Source: a virus
Length of the DNA stretch: 64,000 bases
Reading direction: 5' to 3' (one strand)
IMG/VR virus record: IMGVR_UViG_3300050821_005690
Span: 38,450-102,449 of that record
The notes under the pieces were generated by a model, which was not told the DNA's origin, made no database searches, and was given only the letters and a program-made list of their open reading frames with translations. Made by a program: the position numbers and the translations under genes. Shown here in pieces: positions 17,838 through 27,440 of this stretch (position 1 is the first letter of the stretch; each line of letters begins with the position of its first letter).

Positions 17838-18211
17838 GACTGGTGGCTTGCGATTGCTCGGTTGGCGACTCGTGCCCGCAGGGAAAGACTGGGTTTGAAG
17901 TCCGGTGCAAAATCTTAGTTAAGGAGTCGGGGCGGAGAACGAAGCTTGATGCGAAGTTCACCGGCATCATCACCAAGGTAAAAGACGGCTCGGACGTCCC
18001 GGACGATGAGTGGATGGTGTTCCTGGCGAAGGACAACGCCTTCCCGGCGGCGCTAGCTTACTATCGCGCTCGCTGCGTTGGACTAGGTTGCGACACCGAA
18101 CAGATCGAGGCAATCGACCGTGCGATCGATCGCGTGAACGTCTGGCGAGCGTCTAATCCGGGCCGTTGCAAGACGCCGGATGCCAAGGGCGAGAAGCTTC
18201 TGGATGTCTGA
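17834..18211 (+). CDS. conserved phage hypothetical protein
   Basis: VFLAKDNAF..AL..Y motif. Confidence 0.65.
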   Translation: MRLVACDCSVGDSCPQGKTGFEVRCKILVKESGRRTKLDAKFTGIITKVKDGSDVPDDEWMVFLAKDNAFPAALAYYRARCVGLGCDTEQIEAIDRAIDRVNVWRASNPGRCKTPDAKGEKLLDV

Positions 18212-18437
18212 CCGTCCATACAAAGAACAGCCATCTTACGGCAAGGACGGGATTACCTCGCCGTGGAACCCGATGTCGAAGGGAATGCAGAAGGGCTTGG
18301 AACTGGCGGCCTACATCTGCCGCATGTACGGCGATGGCGATCAGTGGGCCGATATGATCTTGAATTACGGCGAGCAGGTCCGCGCCCGCTGGTGGATGGA
18401 AAAGGAGAAGAAATTTGACCGTAACCGTAACCGTTGA
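18204..18437 (+). CDS. hypothetical protein
   Basis: overlapping ORF, typical codon usage. Confidence 0.55.
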   Translation: MSDRPYKEQPSYGKDGITSPWNPMSKGMQKGLELAAYICRMYGDGDQWADMILNYGEQVRARWWMEKEKKFDRNRNR

Positions 18438-18912
18438 TCTTGCCGATCTGGAGCGCATCATCTTTGCCGCCTCGGCGGTAAAGCAGATCGAGGCCTCACT
18501 GGCGGCGTTCAAGCGCGATCCGTTCGTGCAGCCGCATCTTGAGTTCACTGACGCGGCGAAGCGCCTGGAGGGTGCCATGAACCATGCCAAGCGTGCCGCG
18601 CGCGCAAGAGAGGACACCCTGATCGACTACAACGAGCCGCCGAACAAGGTGGAGATGGCGGCACTAAAAAGAGTTTTCGACGAGAAACTGCCGTTCATGT
18701 TCATCAAGGCAAACGAGAAAGCCCCGGACCCGAAATTGAACGAGGTCATGTCGGTCTTCGACCGCTTGGAGGCCAAGGGCCTAGTTCGCATGGGGCAGGT
18801 TGTGACGGGGATTGTTTGGGCCGGTCATAATCATCCAGACCTGCGGAAGGAGGCTAAGTTCGCCGTCGCCTTGACCGATCGCGGGATGGACATAGCCAGG
18901 GAGATCGCATGA
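18415..18912 (+). CDS. hypothetical protein
   Basis: AAGGAG RBS, TTG start. Confidence 0.65.
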   Translation: MTVTVTVDLADLERIIFAASAVKQIEASLAAFKRDPFVQPHLEFTDAAKRLEGAMNHAKRAARAREDTLIDYNEPPNKVEMAALKRVFDEKLPFMFIKANEKAPDPKLNEVMSVFDRLEAKGLVRMGQVVTGIVWAGHNHPDLRKEAKFAVALTDRGMDIAREIA

Positions 18913-19454
18913 CCGACGCAAGGTTCCCCGACTGGCCCAAGATTAGTGAGGCCCTTCGCGAGAAGGCGAAGGAATTGTGCCGCGATCTAGCGGTCGATCT
19001 TAACCCGAGCATCGAGGGGCTTGTGCTTACCGCGCTGCGGGCGGCGCACTTCGATGCTTACCGGGATGAATTTAAGGCGAAGGTCGAGGCCAAAGGGGCA
19101 TGGGCGGAGTTGGAGGTCGCAAAGCAAGTCATGCGGGGTGAAGGCTTCACGGATGAGATGCTTGACTTGGTTTGCGGCATCCCGGGCTTCAAGGCGCCTG
19201 TCGCCACTATGGCGGACGGCAAAGAAGCTGTCTGCGTGGAGTATATGGCTGGGCTTAACCCAAGGCCGCTTTCGGCCTATTTTCTAGAGCGGGTCCGGGA
19301 GGCTATTGAAATTTCGGCCAGGGTCGGAGCATTAGAGATGCTTAAGGCCGAGGGGAAGGGCGATGTCGCTGCCGTACAGGGTGTCGAGAAAGAAGCTGCC
19401 GCCGAGTCCGCTGACGCGCAAACGGGCTTCGCCTTCGGTGACGCCGCCGGGTGA
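18909..19454 (+). CDS. hypothetical protein
   Basis: coupled 181-aa ORF upstream of terL. Confidence 0.65.
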   Translation: MTDARFPDWPKISEALREKAKELCRDLAVDLNPSIEGLVLTALRAAHFDAYRDEFKAKVEAKGAWAELEVAKQVMRGEGFTDEMLDLVCGIPGFKAPVATMADGKEAVCVEYMAGLNPRPLSAYFLERVREAIEISARVGALEMLKAEGKGDVAAVQGVEKEAAAESADAQTGFAFGDAAG

Positions 19455-19460
19455 GGCGCC

Positions 19461-21206
19461 GTGAAGTACCAGGAACTGCTCAAGCTCGGGAACCTGAACG
19501 AACTGTTCTTGGCCGCGACCCACGCGAAGCGGGCGAACTCCATGATCGATCGCGAGGACCTTGAGAACGATTTTTTGATGTTTCTGGAGGCTGCATGGCC
19601 GTCGATCGACTCGGCGCCGTTTCAATCGTGCTGGGCGATTGATGCGATGGCCCAGCACCTTGAGGCGGTCACGCTCGGTCATATCAAGCGGCTGCTGATC
19701 AACATTCCGCCCCGCTGCGCGAAGACGAACACGGCCTCGATCTGCTGGAACGCCTGGATATGGGCGCGCTCGCAGCAGAGCTTCGTCAGCGGCCCGCAGG
19801 TCAAGTTCCTAAGCGCCAGCTATAATTCAGCCTTGTCGTTGATGGCCTCCAACAAGACCCGACGTCTGATCATGAGCCCGTTCTATCAGGCGCTTTGGGG
19901 CGATCGATTCACGCTGCGGCTCGATCAGAACAGCAAGTCCCAGTTCGATAACACGGTCGGCGGCTCGCGCATCGCCACCTCGGTCCGTGGCTCGCTGCTC
20001 GGTCTGGGCGGCGATGTGATCTGCGTCGACGACCCACACAACACCGAGACCGAGAAGAAGATCGAGACCGATGCCGATCGGCGCGTTGTGGCTTCTTGGT
20101 ATCAAGAGCTTCATGGCACGCGCCTCAATAATCCGAAGCTCACGCCGCTCGTGGTGGTAATGCAGCGCCTGCACAAAGGCGATCTTTCTGGCATCATCCT
20201 CGACGGTTCCGAGCCATTTGTGCACGTCATGGTCCCGATGGAGTTCGACAGTCGGCGGCGGAGCGTCACTGTGATCCTCCCGCAACTCGATTACGAGGGG
20301 AAGGAACCCACCCCGTGGGCGGACCCCAGGACCGATGACGACGAGCTTATGTGGCCGGAGCGGTTCGGGCACCGTGAGTTGGAGCGCATGAAGCATCTGC
20401 TGGGGCCGTACATGGCGGCGGGGCGTTTACAGCAGAGTCCCATCGCCAAAGGCGGAGCAATCCTCAAGCGCGGCTGGTGGAAGCTGTGGGACATGGATGT
20501 AGCTCGCACCTATGGCCTGGAATGGGCCGAGGGTGGCCGGAAGGAGTTCCCGGAGTGCAGCTTCATCTGCGGGAGCCTCGACACCTCGTACGGGGAAAAG
20601 GACGAAAATAACTTCAACGCTCTGACGGTCTGGGGGGTGTGGGTCGATCACAATAAGAATCGCCGGGCGATGCTCATGTTCGCCTGGGCGAAGCGCCTGC
20701 CGCTGCACGGTCAAGTGCTCACGCCTCGGCCCAACGAGGCCGGGGTGAATTTCCGGGCCCGGCAGCAAAGGGAATGGGGACTGGTCGAGTGGGTCGCCGA
20801 CACCTGCCGCCGGTACAAGGTCCATCGCCTGCTGATCGAGGATAAGACCAGGGGGCACGACGTGGCGAACGAATTACGGCGCCTGTACGCCCGCGAGAAC
20901 TTCGGCATCGAGATGATCTCGGTAAACAAGATAGACAAGGTCTCCCGCACCCATTCGGTGGTTTCGCTTTTCGTCGATGACGTGGTATGGGCGCCGGAAA
21001 CGAAGTGGTCGGAAGAGGTGCTCGACCAATGCGAATACTTCCCGCGGCACGATCATGACGATCTGCACGACACGGTGACACAGTTCTTGAATTGGGCTAG
21101 AGAGCGCGGCATCTTATTGCGTGGCGACGAGATGAGCGCGGCTCTTGAGGATGAGGCGGCTTACAAGCCGAAGGATCATGGCGTCGCCGAGCATTACGGG
21201 GTTTGA
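19461..21206 (+). CDS. terL: terminase large subunit
   Basis: INIPPRCAKT Walker A-like, VICVDDPH Walker B, VMQRLH coupling motif, RNase H-like SLDTS...HDDLHD. Confidence 0.95.
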   Translation: MKYQELLKLGNLNELFLAATHAKRANSMIDREDLENDFLMFLEAAWPSIDSAPFQSCWAIDAMAQHLEAVTLGHIKRLLINIPPRCAKTNTASICWNAWIWARSQQSFVSGPQVKFLSASYNSALSLMASNKTRRLIMSPFYQALWGDRFTLRLDQNSKSQFDNTVGGSRIATSVRGSLLGLGGDVICVDDPHNTETEKKIETDADRRVVASWYQELHGTRLNNPKLTPLVVVMQRLHKGDLSGIILDGSEPFVHVMVPMEFDSRRRSVTVILPQLDYEGKEPTPWADPRTDDDELMWPERFGHRELERMKHLLGPYMAAGRLQQSPIAKGGAILKRGWWKLWDMDVARTYGLEWAEGGRKEFPECSFICGSLDTSYGEKDENNFNALTVWGVWVDHNKNRRAMLMFAWAKRLPLHGQVLTPRPNEAGVNFRARQQREWGLVEWVADTCRRYKVHRLLIEDKTRGHDVANELRRLYARENFGIEMISVNKIDKVSRTHSVVSLFVDDVVWAPETKWSEEVLDQCEYFPRHDHDDLHDTVTQFLNWARERGILLRGDEMSAALEDEAAYKPKDHGVAEHYGV

Positions 21207-21272
21207 CCACGACATCCTGCGCATGATCGTCGTCCTGATTGTGCTCGGGATTATTATCTGGCCGGCCTCCCG

Positions 21273-21479
21273 ATGGCCCTAAGCCCTCGGCCGAAGCCGT
21301 GGCGGGTCCGGGTCCGGCGCGTCATAGAGACCTGGATCGAGGTGAGTGCGCACAGTGCGACCGAGGCCGAGGGGCTAGCGGCCAACTATCCGCAAGTGGT
21401 GTCCGTCTTCGTTGGGTCCACCATCCGGGCCGATCTAAAGGACGCTGAACCGAGGGACATAGGAGTCGAGGATGAGTGA
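21273..21479 (+). CDS. hypothetical protein
   Basis: IEVSAHSATEA small-domain pattern. Confidence 0.55.
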   Translation: MALSPRPKPWRVRVRRVIETWIEVSAHSATEAEGLAANYPQVVSVFVGSTIRADLKDAEPRDIGVEDE

Positions 21480-21750
21480 CGTTGGAGCCATGAACGGGTT
21501 GCCGCCCGCGGCGGCGGTTTCAGTGAATGCCGTAGCGATCGAATTAGTCGAGAGGCATCTTGCGGCGCTCAAGCGTGGCGAAACCAATACGGTTGCTATC
21601 ATCTCGGTTGACCATCAGGGCCAGACGGTCACCAATTGGGCGGGACCGCGACTCGGCGACGTCTATATCGGTTGTGCGACGATCCACCGAAAGCTCATGG
21701 ATGGGTTCATCGCCCCGCCGCTGCAATCGCGGATTTTGCGTCCGCGCTGA
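21472..21750 (+). CDS. hypothetical protein
   Basis: AGGAG RBS, 92 aa. Confidence 0.65.
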   Translation: MSDVGAMNGLPPAAAVSVNAVAIELVERHLAALKRGETNTVAIISVDHQGQTVTNWAGPRLGDVYIGCATIHRKLMDGFIAPPLQSRILRPR

Positions 21751-21818
21751 AGGCTACGCTTCCTTCGACTTTCCCCGCGATTCGGGGTAAGACTTGCCCT
21801 TCGAGGGGGCGCGGTCCG

Positions 21819-22208
21819 ATGGCTGACACGTTCTACATCCTGCGGAAGCTGGTGAGCGAAGTTAAGTACAAGCCCGGCTGGACTTTCCGCATTGTTAACG
21901 AAGACGACGCGCTTCGCCTCGTGATCACCGACACGAAGTGTGTGGATGCGTACAATTCTGCGCAGCAGATGCCGCTGTCCCACTTTCATCCTGTCCCGAT
22001 CGCGACCTACAACGAGAAGACATGGAAGCGGTGGATTTATGAGCAATGCCGCCGCGTCGAGAACCATGAGATAGGTGAATGGCTGCGGTGGGGCGAGGAT
22101 CGGCCGTTTGCCCCGCTTCACGGCCCCGGCGAGGATCCCTATACGGTTCACGAGTACCGCGACGAGGGCGATGCCAGAATCACTCAAGATGGATCAATGC
22201 GGCAATGA
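21819..22208 (+). CDS. conserved phage hypothetical protein
   Basis: YKPGWTF...ENHEIGEW...PFAPLHGPG.DPY. Confidence 0.75.
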   Translation: MADTFYILRKLVSEVKYKPGWTFRIVNEDDALRLVITDTKCVDAYNSAQQMPLSHFHPVPIATYNEKTWKRWIYEQCRRVENHEIGEWLRWGEDRPFAPLHGPGEDPYTVHEYRDEGDARITQDGSMRQ

Positions 22209-22486
22209 CCGACATTTCTCCAGCAATGCGCAAGGCCCTAAACGAGGTCGAGGCGGCGCTGTCGCCTCTGCCCGAGGGATACACGGTCGAGCCGACGGCG
22301 AACGGCAATGCGATCATTGTCGCCTGCAAGTACCCGGAGCCTGAAGGCTTAGGCTTTGCTATCACTGAGCTTGAAATCAAGGACGGCAAGCACGTCGAGC
22401 GGGCGGTCGAAAACTTTGGCCCCTTGATGCGCGCCGTGGAAACGGGGAATCGGTCGGATGGATCGAAAACCAGTTACCTCCAGTAA
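22205..22486 (+). CDS. hypothetical protein
   Basis: coupled ORF. Confidence 0.6.
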   Translation: MTDISPAMRKALNEVEAALSPLPEGYTVEPTANGNAIIVACKYPEPEGLGFAITELEIKDGKHVERAVENFGPLMRAVETGNRSDGSKTSYLQ

Positions 22487-22688
22487 TATCGCCAGCGTCG
22501 GCTACGATCCCGCCACGCGCGAGCTAGAGGTTGAGTTCAAGGGTGGCAAGGGGAAGCTCGGCACGGGGCCGGTCTACCGATATGCGGATGTGCCGCAAGA
22601 GACCTATGATGCGTTCATGGGGCATGATTCGAAGGGGGCGTTCCACCATGCGTCGATCAAGGGCAAGTTCAGCTACACGAAGCTCTGA
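22458..22688 (+). CDS. KTSC domain protein
   Basis: VTSSNIASVGYD...LEVEF...YRYADVP...F....SKG.F....IKG. Confidence 0.9.
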   Translation: MDRKPVTSSNIASVGYDPATRELEVEFKGGKGKLGTGPVYRYADVPQETYDAFMGHDSKGAFHHASIKGKFSYTKL

Positions 22689-22697
22689 GCGGCTTTA

Positions 22698-25472
22698 ATG
22701 GCTGGAGGCCTAACCCCGTTCAACGGCGCGGATGCGGTCGAGGTCGTCGTCTCGTTCGCGGACGCTAACGGATTCGACCCCGAGAGCGATACCAGGATCG
22801 TCGCCAACGAGGACGGCTCGGTCGAAGTCGGCTGGGGCCCAGACGCGCGTCCGAAGCGCAAGCCGAGCGAATCCGAGAAGTTCGACGACAATATCGCCGA
22901 GTACCTGACCGACGCCGACCTGTCCATGGTCGCCGAAAGGCTGATTCTCGGCATCGAGCAGGATCTTCAAAGCCGATCGGAGTGGCTGGAGAACATGAGC
23001 CAGGGCATCTCCCTGCTCGGGCTCCAGATCAAGAACCCGCGCGGTGCGGCGGCAAGCGGGGCGACGCCGGCGGAGGGCGTCTCGACCGTCGACAGTCCGA
23101 TCCTGTTGGAAGCAGTCCTACGGTTCCAGGCGAATGCCGTTGGCGAGCTTTTGCCTGCGGACGGCCCGGTGAAGGTGCGCAACGACGGCTTGGGCAACGC
23201 CCTCACCGATCAGCTTGCCGACGCTCTCGAAAAGGACATGAATCATTACCTTACGAAGGTAGCGACAGAATACGTTCCCGACACCGACCGCATGCTGTTG
23301 ATGTGCGGCTTCTGCGGCATCGCCTTCAAGAAGGGGTTTCACGATCCGATCAAGCGGCGGCCGGTGATTGCCTCGATCAATGCCGAGGATCTGATCGTCT
23401 CGAACGCGGCGACCGACATCAACGGCGCCGGGCGCATTACCCATCGGATTCTGATGCGGCCCTCGTTGCTCCGCCGCATGCAATTGGTCGGGGCCTATCG
23501 CGATATCGTTCTGCCCGACACCGGCATGCCGCTGCAAGAGGACGCAGTCAAAAGCAAAATCCGGCAGACTCAAGGCATCGCGCCGCCAGCTTACGTCGAG
23601 CCGGGCGACCAGGATCGCGAGCTTTACGAGTGCTATTGCGAGGTCGACCTTCCCGGGTTTGAGCACACCCTGAAGGATGAAACGCCTACCGGCCTGCCGC
23701 TCCCGTACAAGGTCGTGCTCGATAAAGAATCGCGGCAAATCCTCGAAATCCGCCGCAACTGGGACGAGGATGATCTGTTCTGCCTCGCGCTGAACAGGAT
23801 CGTCGCCTACACCTTCATCCCGGGACTGGGTTTCTACGGCATCGGCCTGCTCAATGTGCTCGGCAACGCCACCAAGGCGGTGACGGCAGCGTGGCGCCTG
23901 CTGATCGACGCGGGCATGTACGCCAATTTCCCCGGATTCCTCTATCTCAAGTCTCTTGCCAAGCAATTGACTAACCAGTTCCGTGTGCCTCCGGGCGGCG
24001 GCATGCCGATCGATACCAGCGGCCAGGACATCCGCACGGCTATCATGCCGCTGCCGTACAAGGACCCGAGCGCGGTCTTTATCCAACTGATCGAGAAGAT
24101 CGCCGAGGGCGCGCAGCGGGTCGGCGGGACGGCCGAGCTACAGGTCGGCGAGGGGACGCAGAACGCCCCGGTCGGCACCACGCTCGCTTTGATCGAGCAG
24201 GCGACGCGGCTCATGGCGGCGGTGCACAAGCGCCTCCACCAAGCCCAAGGGCAGGAACTCGACATGCTCAAGAGCCTGCTGATGGAGGACCCCGAGGCGC
24301 TGTGGCGGCACAACAAGAAGAGCAAGGTGCTCAAGCTTTTGACCCAGATGGCCGGGCAACAGACTGTCGCTGACCAGATCGAGGAAGCCCAGAATCGGCA
24401 TCGGGCGTTGTTCCTGACGGCCTTGAGCGATGCGGAGCTTGTGCCGGCGTCCGATCCGAACACCTCGTCGCAGACCGAGCGCTACATGAAGGTGGTGGCG
24501 GCGCGGCAGATGGCTCAGACCAACCAGTCGATCGACATGAACGCCGTCGATTCCAAGGCCTTCAAGGTCATGGGCTGGGACAACCCCGATCAGTATTTCA
24601 AGCCGGCGCCACCTCCTGGTGCGCAGCCGCAGCCGTCGCCGGAAGAGCTTACCGCCCAGGCCACGATCATGGCCGCCCAGGCGCGCATCGCCGATTCCAG
24701 AACCAGGGCGCAGGAAGCTCAGATCAAGGCGACGACCGGGCAAGCCGAGCTTGCCTCAAAGGAGAAGATCGCCTCGCTGCAGGTCGCGCGCGAACTCGTT
24801 ATCCACGGTTCCGAACGCGAGCAGGCGGCACAAGAATCCGGCATTGCCAATCGCGAGAGTGCGGCCAACCGGCTTCACAAGCTTGCTCTGGCAAATATGG
24901 CCGGCCGCACCGCCAGTGCGCAGGGCGTGGCGGACAATGCCCACGAGGCAAACCAAGCGGCGATCGATCGCGCGCATGAAGCTGGTCTGGCCGACCAGCA
25001 ACGCCGGCACCAATTCTTCTCGAACATACTCGCCCAGCACCATGAGGCGACAGAGGGGGTGCTGGACCGCCAGCACGAGAAAGCGATGCAGCCTGCGGCG
25101 GAGGGGGTGGCGCGGCGGGCCTCTGGCGGCCGAGTCGAATCACCTTATCAAGAGCCTCCGCCTTCAAGGGTTATGACGGACTTGGTCGAGGCACTTCGCG
25201 CCATCTCGCGGGAGAATGAAGCGCGGACTTCGGCCTTGCGATCGATGGTGCAAAGCGGAACGCCGGCCGGGAACGATACGTCGATCGAAGTCTTGACCGC
25301 CTCAGTTAACCGTCTGATCGACTTGCAGTCGGCGCCCCGGGTGATCGTTCGTGATAGCAGCGGGAGGCCGATCGGGGCGCGTATCGATTTGCCCGCCGTG
25401 AGGAGTGAGTTGCCGACAATTACTAAAACCTCTGGCGGCGAGGTTGATATTCAGGTAGAAATCGAGGAATAG
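22698..25472 (+). CDS. portal protein (P22-like) with extended C-terminus
   Basis: PILLEAVLRFQA...GPVKV; FIPGLGFYGIGL; R.LIDAG..ANFPG; PVGTTLALIEQ; follows terL. Confidence 0.92.
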   Translation: MAGGLTPFNGADAVEVVVSFADANGFDPESDTRIVANEDGSVEVGWGPDARPKRKPSESEKFDDNIAEYLTDADLSMVAERLILGIEQDLQSRSEWLENMSQGISLLGLQIKNPRGAAASGATPAEGVSTVDSPILLEAVLRFQANAVGELLPADGPVKVRNDGLGNALTDQLADALEKDMNHYLTKVATEYVPDTDRMLLMCGFCGIAFKKGFHDPIKRRPVIASINAEDLIVSNAATDINGAGRITHRILMRPSLLRRMQLVGAYRDIVLPDTGMPLQEDAVKSKIRQTQGIAPPAYVEPGDQDRELYECYCEVDLPGFEHTLKDETPTGLPLPYKVVLDKESRQILEIRRNWDEDDLFCLALNRIVAYTFIPGLGFYGIGLLNVLGNATKAVTAAWRLLIDAGMYANFPGFLYLKSLAKQLTNQFRVPPGGGMPIDTSGQDIRTAIMPLPYKDPSAVFIQLIEKIAEGAQRVGGTAELQVGEGTQNAPVGTTLALIEQATRLMAAVHKRLHQAQGQELDMLKSLLMEDPEALWRHNKKSKVLKLLTQMAGQQTVADQIEEAQNRHRALFLTALSDAELVPASDPNTSSQTERYMKVVAARQMAQTNQSIDMNAVDSKAFKVMGWDNPDQYFKPAPPPGAQPQPSPEELTAQATIMAAQARIADSRTRAQEAQIKATTGQAELASKEKIASLQVARELVIHGSEREQAAQESGIANRESAANRLHKLALANMAGRTASAQGVADNAHEANQAAIDRAHEAGLADQQRRHQFFSNILAQHHEATEGVLDRQHEKAMQPAAEGVARRASGGRVESPYQEPPPSRVMTDLVEALRAISRENEARTSALRSMVQSGTPAGNDTSIEVLTASVNRLIDLQSAPRVIVRDSSGRPIGARIDLPAVRSELPTITKTSGGEVDIQVEIEE

Positions 25473-25526
25473 GGCGGGGTCGAGGCGTTTACGGGGCACA
25501 ATGATGGGGGTTTCGGGGGCATCAGC

Positions 25527-25847
25527 ATGAGTCGTCCGAAGTATTTTGGTTATTTGTTTGTCGACCACAGGAACTCGCCCGGCATTCCCGACATGCCAGG
25601 GTACGGACCGGGTCAAGTTTTTGAAGCGGATACGCAGCATTGCAATCACTGTCATGTGCCGGTGGTGCTCAATCCACAGCGTCAGCGCGAGCGCTTCATC
25701 TGCCCCAAGTGCGACTGGTACTGCTGCGATAATTGTGCCGTCGCGTTCAAAATCAATGGGATCTGTAAGCCTTTCGAACAAGTTGCCGACGAAGTTCAGA
25801 GCGGGAAGATTCCCTTCCCGGTCCTAGCCAAGGATATGAGGGGGTAA
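25527..25847 (+). CDS. Cys-rich Zn-finger protein
   Basis: CNHC..CPKC..CDNC..C. Confidence 0.7.
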   Translation: MSRPKYFGYLFVDHRNSPGIPDMPGYGPGQVFEADTQHCNHCHVPVVLNPQRQRERFICPKCDWYCCDNCAVAFKINGICKPFEQVADEVQSGKIPFPVLAKDMRG

Positions 25848-25851
25848 GCCA

Positions 25852-26370
25852 ATGTCCGTCTTCACCTTTAATGCGCGTCAGGTGTCTCCTGGCACGGGAA
25901 TCGCCGACACCGTCGCTCTGACCAATGGCACCTACATGGCGATCCAGGGCGCCGCCGCCACGCAACGGACCAATATTCTGGAGGTTTTCATCCAGGGGGA
26001 GAGTACGGCCGCTGCCATATCCTATTTGACGCTTGCGCACGACACCACGATCGGCATCACCGCGGCCGCGCTGGTCACGCCGAACTCGAACGGCACGAAC
26101 GACCCTAACGCCGGAGCCTTGGCAAACCCGGTCGTCGTGGGTATCTCGTTCACGACCCCACCGCAGCGCGCCACGACCATCACGCTTCCCAAAGTCCCCT
26201 TCAGCATCAACGCTTTTGGCGGTGTGTTGAAATGGAACCCGTGGGCGCCGAACATGGCGTTTGCCAACCTCGGCAATACGCAGCCGCTGGGTGAGTGCTC
26301 GCTTTCGGCCTTCACCGGCTCGTCGGGTTCCGCTCAGGTCTCGGCCCACATCATGTACGAGACGGCGTAG
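25852..26370 (+). CDS. putative virion structural/decoration protein
   Basis: beta-rich, Thr/Ala/Gly-rich, 172 aa, in morphogenesis block. Confidence 0.55.
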   Translation: MSVFTFNARQVSPGTGIADTVALTNGTYMAIQGAAATQRTNILEVFIQGESTAAAISYLTLAHDTTIGITAAALVTPNSNGTNDPNAGALANPVVVGISFTTPPQRATTITLPKVPFSINAFGGVLKWNPWAPNMAFANLGNTQPLGECSLSAFTGSSGSAQVSAHIMYETA

Positions 26371-26380
26371 GCAATGATGA

Positions 26381-26734
26381 ATGCTGATCGCGCCTGTCGG
26401 TTTGAATCGTGTTTGGTTCAACCCCACCGCCGGGGCGCTCACGGATTTCGTCTATAGCTCTGCACTGACCGGCTTCCAGTCTCCCGTCGCGGCCGGCGCG
26501 GTCAACGGCGCACAGTACAGTTACTTCGCGCAATCGGCGGATCTCACGCAATGGGAGGTCGGCGTCGGCACCTGGGCCTCGGGCACGACGCTGCAAAGAA
26601 CTTTCGTGCAGTTTTCCACCAACGGCAACGCGAAGGTCAATTTCACCCTCGTGCCGACGGTCGCGATCGACTGCCGAGCCGAGGATGTGCAGAACTTGGC
26701 TGACGTGAATCATGCCCTCAACGGAGGCATCTGA
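26381..26734 (+). CDS. fibre attachment-domain protein
   Basis: GFQS...QWEVGVGTW.SGTTLQR...STNG..KVNF pattern of phage fibre N-termini. Confidence 0.6.
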   Translation: MLIAPVGLNRVWFNPTAGALTDFVYSSALTGFQSPVAAGAVNGAQYSYFAQSADLTQWEVGVGTWASGTTLQRTFVQFSTNGNAKVNFTLVPTVAIDCRAEDVQNLADVNHALNGGI

Positions 26735-27438
26735 TGGCTTTCACACCAAACAATGCCGGTATTTACGTCAAACAACCGCGGCGCTGGATAGCCTCCATAG
26801 GCAACGGTGACGCCTCGGCCTGGAAATTTCTATACAACGGTTCGGGCGTCGGCAACGGTCTGGCCGGCGCAGGGGTGAACGGCTCCAAGATTACCTCGAT
26901 CCAGGCGACCGGCAACGACACAGCGTCGCGCATTGTGCAGACCGCCTTGGCTTTCACCACGAGCGGCGTGACCATCACGCTAGCCACTCCTGGGGTGGTG
27001 AGCTGGCCAGCATTCAACAACGGCTACAACGCGGCGGTCGGCGATCAGGTCGTGTTTTTGAACAACGGCGACACGCTACCCACGGGTTTGAGCTTCAATA
27101 CGACCTACTTTCTCGTTGCCACCTTCGTGTTCGGCACGTCATTTTCCCTCGCTGCTACGGCTGGTGGTGCGGCGATTGCCACGTCGGTCTCGCAGGCTGG
27201 CACACACCTGCTGGCGCTGATGAAACCGATCGCTGCCGCCACGGTGGCGATCACCTCGGGCACGGACGGCGTCACGGCGGCGACCGATCTGCTCGGCCTC
27301 AATGCGGTGCCGAACCAGGATAACGACGGCCAGAAGTATCTTTATTTGGAGAGTGGTGACCTTCTCGCGGTGTCGAGCACCACGACGGTGACGGCGAACA
27401 AGATGCTCAGCGTCATAGCCCACGGCGGGGACTTCTAG
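26734..27438 (+). CDS. virion fibre/structural protein
   Basis: TITLATPGVVSW...LPTGL..NTTYF...SLAAT.GG.AI.TS module. Confidence 0.6.
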   Translation: MAFTPNNAGIYVKQPRRWIASIGNGDASAWKFLYNGSGVGNGLAGAGVNGSKITSIQATGNDTASRIVQTALAFTTSGVTITLATPGVVSWPAFNNGYNAAVGDQVVFLNNGDTLPTGLSFNTTYFLVATFVFGTSFSLAATAGGAAIATSVSQAGTHLLALMKPIAAATVAITSGTDGVTAATDLLGLNAVPNQDNDGQKYLYLESGDLLAVSSTTTVTANKMLSVIAHGGDF

Positions 27439-27440
27439 CG

